In this document: piece after piece, positions 48,985-60,947 of the stretch
How positions within the stretch are numbered: position 1 is the stretch's first letter
Layout: each line of letters starts with the position of its first letter
Assembly: GCF_006345805.1 (NCBI RefSeq)
Contig: NC_043010.1
Coordinates: 50,406,001-50,470,000 of the forward strand
Direction: 5' to 3'
DNA: 64,000 nucleotides
Source of the DNA: Octopus sinensis
Taxonomy: Eukaryota
The notes under the pieces: model-generated
What the model was told of the DNA's origin: nothing
Databases searched by the model: none
Seen by the model: only the letters and a program-made list of their open reading frames with translations
Program-made: the position numbers and the translations under genes

Positions 48985-49365
48985 ACCCATGTATTCAACT
49001 GGCACTTACATCATCAAGCCCGAAAGGATGGAAGTCTTCGGCAGATTTAAACTCACCACGTACCGAGCCAGAAGAAATGCCGTTTTGCATTTCGTTGGGT
49101 GCAGTAACAATTGCACCAGCTTGCTGCTTTAAATTCAAACCATCAACAATGGTTTCATGTTTTGGCACAAGGCCAGCAATTTCGTAGGATCGGGTACGTC
49201 GATTAAATCGGCCCCAGTGTTTCACTGGTACTCACTTTGTCGATCTCGAAAGGATGAAAAGCAAAGCAGACCTTGGCGGTACTTGAACTCAGAACATAAA
49301 GACGAACGAAATGCCGCTAACTATTTTGCCAGGCGTGCTAACGATTTGGCCAACTCGTCGCTTTC
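48985..49365 (-). mobile_element. two diverged SINE family B copies
   Basis: CCCGAAAGGATGGAAGTC and CTCGAAAGGATGAAAAGCAAAGCAGACCTTGGCGG. Confidence 0.7.
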
Positions 49366-49671
49366 CCAAATCATCAAAATGTTTATGAAATTTTGTCGAG
49401 ACGTCGAAAATTCACATTTTTTCTGAAATACAGATATTTACAAAGTGTAAAACACTTTGCATAAAATTATCTGTGGATCTCGTATTTTTATATACTTATA
49501 GGGAACTCCCTGTCTCTCTCTCTCTTCCTCTCTCTCTCTCTCTCTCCCTGCTTTCCAAAGAATACTCAAAACACACACAAATAAAATTCCATCACGTGAG
49601 TTCGCGCGAGGTTTTAGAATAAACAAACATTCATATGAAAGGGAACAACTTCTGGATTATTATTACATTTG

Positions 49672-49717
<46 letters not shown>

Positions 49718-49756
49718 TTTATTATTATTATTATTATTATCATTATTATTATTATT

Positions 49757-50312
49757 GAGTGGGCGAGCAGTGCATGCCATCAAAGTGACACTGAAGTAAA
49801 ATATACAAAGCCCAGTATACCCATCATGACTATCCGTCTGATAAGGGTACACCAGCCACATGCATCACAACCGTATATGTGCGACATGGTGATCTCATAT
49901 CAAGATAAACAGCGCATGACCTTGCAGGTGGGGCCCAGTTAGAATTTTCTTCAGGTTGAGTAGCCCATCCCGCTCAAAAGGTCCCTGAATAAGGGTTGTT
50001 TAAGGATGTTGAACAAAACGCCCATGTTTCCAGATGTGAATTATCCAAACCTCAAAGAATTCCTCTCAACACATGGCTATGATGCTCCACCACTACTTCT
50101 GCTCGTGATCAACGATGCACATATCGTCAGCCACTAAGGGACATGCTCAACTGGTTATGGTGAAGCAACTGACAAGCAATTCTGTGGTATTAAGCAGAAT
50201 ATTTGTTGTAGCCCATCTTTTATACCAAGACAAAACAATGTACATGACAATACTTCCAATCAGTTAAGATCAGAAACCATGAAAGCCACTGCTTGGAACT
50301 GCATCAGGGCAT
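49757..50312 (-). mobile_element. unclassified retroposon of about 555 bp with (AAT)n tail (family F)
   Basis: Abuts (TTA)n at 49665-49756; segment CCCTTAGTGGCTGA...GAGAGG.ATTCTTTG recurs at about 38869-38960 and 59455-59580. Confidence 0.55.
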
Positions 50313-51042
50313 TTTATTGTTATTATTATTATTATTATTATCATCATCATCATCATCATCATCATTGTTATTGTTATTGTTGTTGTTGTTGTTGTTGTTG
50401 TTTTTATTATATGTGAAGTGGGTTCATACGTTTGTGTATATCATCATATGATGTCATGGATATGTGTGTCACACATATTTGTGATGGGGAGCTCAGCATA
50501 AGTGTACGTGGTCTTAAGGTTTTTTATGCATAAAATTCATGTAATGCATACAATGCATATAATTGATGTTCAGAGGGCAAAAACTACTCAAGCTAGAGGC
50601 TGGCAAAGTGGAAGGAAGTGGGGAGGCTCCTTGAAATTTTGGGAAATGTTGCCTATGCATGTAAGGGGAGACGGATACTTCTCGAATATTCAAAATGTTC
50701 GTTTTTAATACGATATATAATCTATCTATACACTACTAAACCTGTGTGACTGCTTGCTTGAGATCTTGCTTGCGTTCGTACTTGTCTTTAATTTAATACA
50801 GCCAAACCGGCGCATAACGGGAAAATACTCTGAAAATAAAGTAAATCCTTGAAATGTGAATGCAAACGAAATAAAACAGGGTTCACGTAAATCGGACCAC
50901 GGATTCCCAGGAAATGGGGTTTTTGGGGTTTGTTTCCACAAATTTAAGCAGTGGGATCTAGAGTTATTGCCCTTTACTGTGAACACCTGGATAGTTTCGT
51001 TGGCATAGCTACAGACGTATACATCGTCGACTTCGTTGCCTC

Positions 51043-52254
51043 ATAACTTCCAGAAAGATGGATATTTTTTAACAAGAATTTCAACAAATACCGCTTAGAC
51101 GCTGTGGATTCAAGGTATATAGGGAATTATGGGAAATAATATTTCCGAAAGGTGAGGAGAGGAGTTTCGAAAAAACGGAGTTTTGGACCAGGAAAACCAA
51201 ACAAGGTTGTACTATGTTTTGACCAGGTTTTTCACATTTTTTATTTCACCTCAGCTTTCTAAATGATGTGTGGTATCTTTTTATGAAAAAAAAGTTTTGA
51301 AAATTTTTCAAATCTTTCACCATCCCGCCATCTGATTTTGGCCAACATTTTGTTAACTTAAAAACCATAGGAAGAGTCTTTTCGGTAAATAAAAAATAAA
51401 AAATTAAAAAATAATAATAAATTTTTGAGGAAAAGGTGTACGAATCAAGAGAGATTTAGCTGGGGCGGGGGTTTCTAGCAGATCTCAAATCACCCTCCGT
51501 TTTCACTCACACATGTATTGATGTTTTCTCAATATTTTTCTCTCATTAAACATATTTTGTGAAATGATGATGCCGAAGTAACACACGCATGATCCGTTGT
51601 TGGAATATAAGCAAAAAAAAATTGTAATTTAAATTTTTACCACCACCTCAATCAAGCGAAGCCGTGTGCGTGTAAGAAAAAAACATTTTCTAACATAAAA
51701 TTATTCTATTAAAATGAATTATCGTTTCCATACCACTGTGGATAAATGCCAGCAATGGCATTTTCAGGCTCTCCAATATTTTAGTTTAAAAACAGAAACA
51801 ACTGGAGGCAGGGAAGAGGGATGCAAAAAAAATCATAATTTTTTAGGGTTGTTTTCTATAGCATATAAATGTATTTATGGAGAGAAAAGTATTGAAGAAT
51901 ATCGATACATTTGGGAGAGAGAAAGAAACGAGGAGGGATGTCTTGGGATGTGTTAGAAACAACTACCAAATCTCCCTTAATTCACTCACTTTTTCCTCTC
52001 TCTTTTACTCTTTTACTCTTTTACTTGTTTCAGTCATTTGACTGCGGCCATGCTGGAACACCGCCTTTAGTCGAATCAAATCGACCCCAGGACTTATTCT
52101 TTGTAAGCCCAGTACTTATTCTATCGGTCTCTTTTGCCGAACCGCTAAGTGACGGGGACGTAAACACACCGCATCGGTTGTCAAGCAATGCTAGAGGGAC
52201 AAACACAGACACACAAACATATACACACACATACATATATAATTATATATATAT

Positions 52255-52293
<39 letters not shown>

Positions 52294-53044
52294 CATATAT
52301 ACGACAGGCTTCTTTCAGTTTCCGTCTACCAAATCCACTCACAAGGCATTGGTCGGCCCGAGGCTATAGCAGAAGACACTTGCCCAAGATGCCACGCAGT
52401 GGGACTGAACCCGGAACCATGTGGTTGTAGGCAAGCTACTTACCACACAGCCACTCCTGCGCCTATAAAAATAGGCGCTTATCTGAAAATAAGAATTAAA
52501 TCTCTTTTTGCTGAAAAGGCTCTGCCCATGGTTTTGAAATGCAAAAAAATTGGCCAAAATCTGTCTGGAGTGGAATGATGAGGGTGGGGTGGGGTAGGTT
52601 GTTCAAAAAAATTTTTTTTAACCTTTTTTTTTTCATAAAAGGATGTTCCTTGTCCACATCATTTCGAAGGTTGTGGTTAAGAAGAAATGGGGAAAATCCC
52701 CATCAAAACGGAGTAGTTCCACCTTATTTGGTCTTCCTGATCCGAAATTCCGTTTTTCGAAACTCGTCTCCTCAACCCTCTGGAAAAAAATTCTCCCCAC
52801 ATATTTCTTTACAATTGTAATCTATGCCGTTTGAAAGGTATTTGTATGAAATCTTATTAAAAAATATCCATTTTCCTGAAAGTTACGAGGGAAAAAGTCA
52901 GATCGTGTAAATTTTCCGAAACTCCTCTCTCTACCTACTCAAAAAAATTATTTCCCATAAATCCTTATATACTGTAAATCCACAGCATTTAAGCGGTATT
53001 TGTTGAAAACTTCGTTAAAAAGTATCCATTTTTCTGGAAGTTAT
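51043..53044. mobile_element. large foldback element with long, internally repeated inverted arms
   Basis: 51043-51345 inverted against 52545-53044; the right arm carries an extra unit of about 150 bp; SINE A nested at 52005-52464. Confidence 0.6.
52005..52464 (-). mobile_element. SINE family A, full length
   Basis: TTTTACTCTTTTACTTGTTTCAG...CACAGCCACTCCTGCGCCT. Confidence 0.92.
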
Positions 53045-53454
53045 AACACAATAAACCTGGTGGTGGGGTACACATCTGTAGTGTGGTAGTTTTGTTTGTA
53101 TGCTTGCTTGCTTGCATGCGTGCTTGTCTGTTATTTGATACAGCCAAACAGGGACATAATGGGAAAATACTCTAAAAGTAAGTTACCCCTGAAATACAAA
53201 TGGAATAAAACATGTTTCGCGTAAATTGAACCACGGATTCCGGATATACACGGTGTTTGAAGGTACCTCCATAGATAGCCAAAACGGTACATAATGGGAA
53301 AATACTCCGAAAGTATCATAATCTTGAAATGGGAAAATTGTTTCCATTAATTTTATGTTTACGTTGTATAACAATTCCTTTTCCATTTTTTGTAGAAGTG
53401 CCATAAATAAATTCTGTTGCTGGAGTTCAAGTTTATCCCGGAAGTTCTGTTTCT

Positions 53455-54170
53455 ATTAGTCCTACTGCATGGCATCTTGGGCAAGTGTCATCTGAGATAG
53501 CCTCGGGCTGACCAAAGCCTTGTGAGTAGATTCGGTGGACAGAAACTGAAAGAAGCTCCTTGTATACATGTGTATGTATGTGTGTATATATGTATATGTG
53601 TGTCTTTGTCTCTGTATTTGAACCTACACTCGCCTCCTTATGAGAGCTCAAAATCTCTCGTGGAAGCGTCATCCAACCAAAATGCAAATATATGGGGAAA
53701 CTACCACCTGTGTCATCTCTTGTGAAAGGTAGGAGAGTCCAGTTTGCAGGACATTGTTGTAGAGCTGAAAACGAGGCAATTTCTACTCTTCTCCTCAGGA
53801 AGCCATCTACTCGCAATACCAGAGGGTGCACACTCTCCTACCATGATGTAATCTCCAGGGATACAGGCATCCAGCAACAGGACCTCCGTAATGCTATGAT
53901 GGACCGTGAAGTCTGGCGGAGCATGGTAAATTCCATTGTCTCGACCACGGTCGAACAATGATGATGATGATTTGTCATCCTCCACTGCTTGACAACCGGT
54001 GCTGGCGTGTTTACATCCCAGTAAGCAAGCGGTTTGGCAAAAGGAACCGACAGATTAAGTACCACATTTAAAAAGTAAGTTCTGCGGTCGATACATTTCA
54101 CTAAAAACTCTTCGAGGCGGTGTTCCTGCGTGGTCGCAGTCTAATGACTGAAACGAATAAAAGATAAAAG
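53455..54170 (+). mobile_element. old SINE family A copy split by an RTE fragment
   Basis: 5' half ends TCTGTATTTG; 3' half resumes ATTTGTCATCC. Confidence 0.8.
53621..53969 (+). mobile_element. RTE-clade LINE 3' fragment
   Basis: TYTRLLMRAQNLSWKRHPT, LPPVSSLVKGRRVQFAGHCCR...DTG...AMMDREVWR; (TGA)n tail; possible ATTTG TSD (53616-53620, 53970-53974). Confidence 0.82.
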
Positions 54171-54913
54171 CTGCGATCTAGGATACGTCCCTTCATGACA
54201 CCGAGTGGTAAAAAAGCACTGGATATTTCAGACCAGGGAGGATAACTCACTTCGCAGACGAACGAGAACGTGGATATCGATATTTCGCAGTATTTCAACT
54301 TGTCAACGCTATACACTTGACTCAACTGGAAACGAAGTGAATCGCTGGTCTAAGATATAGAAGCTATTAGCGTAAAGTCTATTTGCTGATATGCTAAAGC
54401 GTAGCACAAGTGAAACAAAAGAAAATGAAATTTATATATACAAATATACATATGTGCACACGCGTACGCACATGCATATGTGTGTGTGTGTGGTGTGTGT
54501 GTGTGAAGATAGTAGATTAATACATAGATATAGATATAAATGTAGACTCAAATGTTGTATTGTATGAAACAAATAAGAAATTTTTGAAATTAATCTTTCA
54601 GACAGGAAAAATGGTGTTGTCTGTAGCGCTTTATCATCAGAGACAGGTGATAGGAAAGGAGGGAGCGAGGGAGGTGTCTCCAAACTGGAAACTGGATACC
54701 TGGTTCAAACGCTTGCAACACCGAGGTCTCCGTTACATTCAATCAAGGATAAGGTGGTGGTACATTTTGTAGGGCGTATGGTGTATTTAACCTGAATATT
54801 TACCTTACGAATGCGATCTTAAGGCAATGTATGTGCATATATATATAATCTATCTATCTATCTTCATATATATATATATGTGTGTGTATCTGTGTATGTG
54901 TGTGTGTGTGTGT

Positions 54914-55143
54914 GAAGGCGCATGGCTCAGTGGTTAGAGCGTCGAGCTTACGATCGTGAGGGCGTGAGTTCGATTCTCGGACCGGGGTGCGTGTTGTGCT
55001 CTAGAGCAAAACACTATATTTCACGTTGCTCCAGTTCACTCAACTGTAGAAATAAGTGGCGACATCACCGATGTCAAGCTGTATCGGCCTTTGCCTTCCC
55101 CATGAATAATATTGGTGGCGTGGAGAGGGGAGGCTGGTATACA
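54914..55143 (+). mobile_element. tRNA-derived SINE (family D)
   Basis: GGCGCATGGCTCAGTGGTTAGAGCG...GAGTTCGATTCTC head; body related to 35460-35735. Confidence 0.8.
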
Positions 55144-55321
55144 TAGTATTTAAAATTGGTACTATTGGAACTTATACACAAAGTACAGGAATCTTAAATG
55201 TATACCATTCTACTGCAGCTACCATATCCCTGCGTATCTCAAGTCTATTTTCATTCCTCCACTTCCCTCTCTATTTCATATCTTCTCTAGAATAACTATT
55301 ACTTAACCATTTTCTCGCACC

Positions 55322-55369
55322 GTCTCCGATGAAGGGATATATAAAATATCCCGGAAACAGGTGTAAGAC
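55322..55369 (+). ncRNA. type I hammerhead ribozyme motif (U4C core variant) in a PLE 3' region
   Basis: GTCT-CCGATGA-A-GGGATAT(ATAAA)ATATCCC-G-GAAA-CAGGTGTA-AGAC; stem I 4 bp and stem II 7 bp, both perfect. Confidence 0.75.
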
Positions 55370-55450
55370 TATCTCTTTATAAATGATCTGAAATCTTTCA
55401 CAGCCTTGGATTTTTATCTCATTCTGTTAATTTTATACACACACACACGT

Positions 55451-55489
<39 letters not shown>

Positions 55490-55509
55490 CAAACACACGC
55501 ACACACACA

Positions 55510-55540
<31 letters not shown>

Positions 55541-55556
55541 CCACACACACACACAA

Positions 55557-55618
<62 letters not shown>

Positions 55619-55632
55619 CTCTATATCTATAA

Positions 55633-55669
<37 letters not shown>

Positions 55670-55674
<5 letters not shown>

Positions 55675-56720
55675 AATTAGAGATAAAACCACTGTTATGC
55701 AACTCAAACTTTGATAGACATAAACCAATACATAAATAACAAATAATATATATTTTTATAAAACATATAACTTATAACTAGATCTCAAAAAGTATAAAAA
55801 TGAATGATCAATATATATATTAATAAAAAAAACTACATACGTTTCATGGGTACAATTAAATTCGAATTACAATTAAGTTTAAATTCAATTGAAATAAATT
55901 CGATTTAAAATTATAGTCAATCTTCAGGTTAATGATAATAGTTAAATAAAAAAGCAAATAGAGTTAAACAATATTTATTTAAGAAATAAATAAAATAATT
56001 TTTCTTATTGAAAAAAACTCCATTAACTAAATTAGAAACTTAAAACATTAGGATTATTTCCTACAACACATCTATTATGTTAAATATTTAATTTTTTTAG
56101 GTTAAAAAATAGATAGAAATATGTATTTATCTTTGAATATATAATTTGGCTTTAAAAAACATAATAAACTATCGAATATCTTTAACTCAGTTATACTCCA
56201 ATATTTAATTACCAAATTATTTAACAAAATCACTATTAATATTTTTAGATTTAAGTTCATATCTAATAATTATAAAATAATCAATACATAAAAATAAGTA
56301 TCTAAATTATAATCAACAAATATAGTAATTAAAAATATAAAATATAAAATTTTCTCTATCAAAAAATATATAAACATATAACCAAAAATAAATAAATTAG
56401 TCCATTATTACTTATATAAATATTATAAATATCTATAGAATATATTCATGAAATACAATTTAAAAATTAAAAATCAAATTAAAAACGTATAACCTATCTT
56501 TAAAAAATCGTATGACTATTTTACGATTTATATACCACAGTGACTAACTAACATCTTAAAATTTACGTACAGTTATAATAATCATATACTAATAATAATA
56601 AAATAAATATATACATATCTAAATTATCATTAACATCTAAAATAATTATAGATTCAAATTTAACAATCAATAGTTATATAGAATACGATACGATAAAATT
56701 TCTTAAATAAAAAAGTTTAT
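55670..56720 (-). mobile_element. extremely AT-rich (about 15% GC in sampled lines) PLE-like 3' remnant with a long-stem hammerhead at 55833-55932
   Basis: Minus strand CTGAAGA-T-TGACTATAATT...AATTGTACCCA-T-GAAAC-GTA-TGTAG; terminus AGAGATAAAACCAC resembles the PLE end at 27446. Confidence 0.5.
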
Positions 56721-56730
56721 TTAACTCTCG

Positions 56731-56781
<51 letters not shown>

Positions 56782-56794
56782 ATATACATACATA

Positions 56795-58054
56795 CAGGGG
56801 TTGGACAAAATAATGGAAACACCTTAAAATTTCAACAAATTTATGAGTAGGACCACCTTTGGCAGTAATTACAGCTTGAATTCTACGAGTAATGGACTCG
56901 TACAAAGTTTGAATTGTTTCCAAAGAAATTTTTGTTCATTTTTCAGCTAAAGGTTTCCAGTTCTTGTAGTGATGATGGTGGAGGATATCGACTTCTTACT
57001 TGTTTTTCTAAAATGCACCATAAATGTTCAATAATATTGAGATCTGGGGACTGTGATGGCCAGATAAGATGTTCAACTTCACTAGAACGTTCCTCATGCC
57101 ATTCAGTAACAAATTTAGCTGTGTGAATGGGTGCGTTATCATCGTGAAATATTGCGTTTCCCTCCGGTAACACTTCTGCAACATTGAGATGAATTTAATC
57201 AGATAAAAAGCTTAAATAGTCTTGACTATTAATTCTGCCATGAAGGGAAACCATTGGGCCGGTTTATTTCCAAGATATAGCCCCACCCCAACCAGATCAT
57301 CACAGATCTTCCATGTTTTACAGTTGGAAGAAGGCAGTCTGGGTCAAATGCTTCTTTTGGCTATCTCCACACGTATACTCGGCCGGTTGTCGGAAATAAG
57401 GTAAAGGATGACTCGTCCGAGAAAATAGCATTCTTCCACTGCTCTAGGGACCAATTCTGTAGGTTTTTACTCCACTCTAAACGCTTTGCAACGTTTGTTT
57501 TTGAGAGTAGTAGTTTTCTGATTGCAGCCCTTCCATGAAATCCGACTTTGTGCAGCTCCCGGCGAACAGTTTTTGTGGAAACTGGGTTCTCGAGGTGGTC
57601 ATTAAGCTCTGTAGTAATTCTGGGAGTTGAACTTTTGTGATCCTTTCTAACAATTCGCGTAAGATTCCGACGGCCCGTATCTGAAAGTTTTGGTTTTCTT
57701 CCGGAGTTTTGTTTCGATGAGGAGGTTTTTCCCTCTTTCTTAAAGGCTGTCATTACTTTAGAGACAGTACTTCTTGATTTACCAAGCATATCGGCTGTTT
57801 TCGTTACGCTAGCGGCTACCATACGAGCACCAACAATTTACCCTCTTTGAAAGTCCGATAGATCTGTCATTTTAATGAATTTTAATTACCTTTTTCTAAT
57901 GATATCTTAAAAGGAACAGCAATATAAACAAAATATATTGCGGAACACTAATAATACATCAAAAAACATAAAAATATACAACCTTTTGACGGTTCTATTG
58001 ATATTTCAAAATTATGATGCTATGATGCTAGGTGTTTCCATTATTTTGTCCAAC

Positions 58055-58059
<5 letters not shown>
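56795..58059 (-). mobile_element. Tc1 (DD34E) transposon, near full length, transposase disrupted
   Basis: 30-bp TIR CAGGGGTTGGACAAAATAATGGAAACACCT, TA flanks; MTDLSDFQRG*IVGAR, SGRKPKL, IFSDES, FHDDNAPIH and WPSQSPDLNIIEHLW. Confidence 0.95.
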
Positions 58060-58137
<78 letters not shown>

Positions 58138-58230
58138 ATTATATATATATACATATATATATATAGATATATACATATATATATATATATATTATATATA
58201 TATATAATATATATATACATATATATATAC

Positions 58231-58324
<94 letters not shown>

Positions 58325-58398
58325 AGAAACAAATTACAATAGTAACAACAATAACAACGTCAAGTTTACTCAATCTAATGATCTCATTTTTTTTTCAG

Positions 58399-58478
58399 TT
58401 GATAAAGTTACCGACGTTCCCAACTTGAACGACCAAATACAGAAAGAGTTACAAGCGAGCACCTTTTACCTGGCGGCG
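58399..58478 (+). CDS. internal coding exon of a ferritin-like gene (helix A)
   Basis: Acceptor CATTTTTTTTTCAG, donor GTAAGT; phase 1 in, phase 0 out; encodes [27 protein letters not shown], matching ferritin INRQINLELYASYVYLSM (N21, Q23, I24, E27, L28, A30, S31, Y34 and L35 conserved). Confidence 0.7.
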
Positions 58479-58645
58479 GTAAGTATCCAGTGAAATAATT
58501 ATAATGCTACTTCATGGGATGAACGCAGAACAGGGAATCGAAATAATTACGTATCAATTCATTCTGAATACATTCTTGCTGGTTCGAATATAAATATCTG
58601 ACGGTTGGTGTTTTTCCCCGCCGGGGAAACCTCTTTCCTTTGGAC

Positions 58646-58694
<49 letters not shown>

Positions 58695-59999
58695 CGTTTA
58701 TGTGTGTGTGCATAACACATGATTCACTGATTCAGCAGTGTAAGATATCACGGTGCTTCGACCTCGTTCTGTGACTCATCAGTTGCACCTAGCTCCCGGA
58801 TTATTGAACGTCACAGGAGCATGAACATTTATTTATTACAATCAACACACAATTTTTCTGCTGATGAGTGCAGCTGACTACCAAAGAGCAATGATGAATG
58901 GAATGCACACAGAACAGAACTCAAACAATAATGTTTATAATCATTCTTTTTAAGTTCTGGCAGTTTAACTCGTGAATATTTGATCGTTGTTTTTCACCAT
59001 CGGAGAACACCTCTTTCCTTTAAGTCATAACACACGCGATTCATTGGTTCAACTGTGTAAAGGTACTTCAAGACACACCGCCTTGTATCGACCACGTCGT
59101 CTGTCTTCTCAGTCAACGTTACCCCACCGCACCGATGAATCTCACAAGAGCATGAAATCCTGTATACAGGAATCATCAAGCAAACTATTTGCTGGTGCGT
59201 GATGTCTTGCCAAACATATAATACTTTGTGACAAAATTTACAATTTTTTTTGTCTTTGGTTAGTAAGGATTATTTCCCATTTGCTTCTATCTAGAAATCA
59301 AAGGAAACTATTCCCTTTAAACTTACCTTCTATGTCTTGGGCATCAATGTTTTCAAACTGGTCTATTCTCCATTACATTCCAGACAAATTCAGCGCTGAG
59401 TTGCTGAAGCAGAAATATCGTGATAGCAAATACTCTGCCTAATACCATATAATTGCTTGACATTTGCTGGACCTTAACCACTTGAGCTCCTCCCTTGGTG
59501 GCTGACAATATGTGCATTTCTGATCATAAACAGAAGTAAAGGGGGAGCATCATAACCACGTGTTGAGAGGGATTCTTTGAAAATCAAAGATTGAAAGAAA
59601 TACTAACCATTTTCCGTACTTTCTAGGGGTAAGCAAATAGAAAATAAGAATTGCTACTGAAGAACAAAAAATCGTGTTACACAGTGTAATTGATTGAGTG
59701 CGCACAGAACAATGAGAGTTCAAACAATAATTTAGCTATCAATTCTTATGAATAGATACGTTATTGTTACGACATTCATTTTTAAAACATAAGCTCAACG
59801 CCACTTGTTTTGGAGAAGGAAAGTAAACTTTTATCTCTTCATAATTTTTAATCAATGAAGTAGATTGATTATCCTGTGATTGTTGAAAATTTTTATTGTC
59901 ATCATTTTTGCGGTGATACTTTAAAATCAGGTTAGTTTTAGCTCAAGAGATACATATAGTTTTGAGGGCAGCATGCGGCTTGCGAGGTGCAGTTTTGGC

Positions 60000-60210
60000 C
60001 AGTGTTGGTATAAATTGCTTTCAAATTTTGGCACAAGGCCAGCAGTTTCGAGGTAGAAGTAAGTCGGTTGCATCCACCCCCAGAGTTCAACTGGTACTTA
60101 TTTCATCGACCCCAAAAGAGGGTGAAAGGTAAAGTCGACCTCGACAGAATTTGAATTCAGAACGTAGCGAAGAGCAAAATACCACTAAGAATTTTTGTCC
60201 ATCGCCGCCC
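60000..60210 (-). mobile_element. SINE family B variant
   Basis: GGTGAAAGGTAAAGTCGACCTCGACAGAATTTGAATTCAGAACG. Confidence 0.8.
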
Positions 60211-60224
60211 AAATAATAATAATA

Positions 60225-60578
60225 AGTCGAACAAATGACCCCAGGACTTACTCTTTGCGTGCCTAGTACTTATTCTAGTGGTCTCTCTTGCCGAACCGCT
60301 AAGTTACAGGGACCTAAACACACCAACATCGGTTGTCAAGCGATGGTGGAAGGACAAACACAGACACACAAATATACACACAAACATATACGTATATATA
60401 TACATACATATACACATACAACGGGCTTCTTTCAGTTTCCGTATACTGAATCCACTCACAAGGCTTTGGTCGAACCGAGGCTATAGAAGACACTTGTCCA
60501 AGGTGCCACTCAGTGGGACTGAACTCAGAACCATGTGGTTGGTAAGTAAGCTATTTACCACACAGCCACTCCTGCGCC
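60225..60578 (-). mobile_element. SINE family A, 3'-truncated
   Basis: ...CACAGCCACTCCTGCGCCT head. Confidence 0.88.
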
Positions 60579-60589
60579 TAATAATAACA

Positions 60590-60805
60590 ATCCTTTCAAC
60601 TGAAAGCACAAGGCCTCAAATTTGGGGGAATGGATTAAGTCGATTACATCAATTCCAGTGCATAACTGGTACATATTTAAATGACCCGAAAAGATGAAAG
60701 GGAAAGTCGACCCCGGCGGAATTTAAACTCAGAACGTAGCGACGAGCGAAATACCGCTAAGCATCTCGTCCAGCGCGCTAACGATTCTGCCAGCTCGCTG
60801 CCCTA
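60590..60805 (-). mobile_element. SINE family B variant
   Basis: GATTCTGCCAGCTCGCTGCC head; followed by (AAT)n at 60810-60945. Confidence 0.85.
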
Positions 60806-60808
60806 ATG

Positions 60809-60869
<61 letters not shown>

Positions 60870-60897
60870 TAACAATAACAATAATAATAACAATAAC

Positions 60898-60947
<50 letters not shown>

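Noticed and set aside
54600-54660. Complete hammerhead on the minus strand
   Set aside because: Shares ACCTGTCTCTGATGA with 1942-1956, but stem II does not form next to the core; at most a decayed PLE end.
55700-56720. NUMT or mitochondrial control region
   Set aside because: No mitochondrial tRNA, rRNA or protein motif recognised, while HHR and PLE-terminus remnants are present. Not formally excluded without BLAST.
58745-58880. Hammerhead-like CTGATGA motifs in inverted orientation
   Set aside because: GAAG instead of GAAA and no consistent stems I or II.
58990-59210. piggyBac C-terminal Cys-rich remnant on the minus strand (TRRCV...VCYDLKER)
   Set aside because: Too few conserved cysteines, and no TTAA or TIR found.
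58479-60700. Iron-responsive element near the ferritin exon
   Set aside because: The CAGTG hexaloop candidates I checked (about 58487, 58736, 59681, 60656) lack the 5-bp upper stem and bulged C; the scan was not exhaustive.
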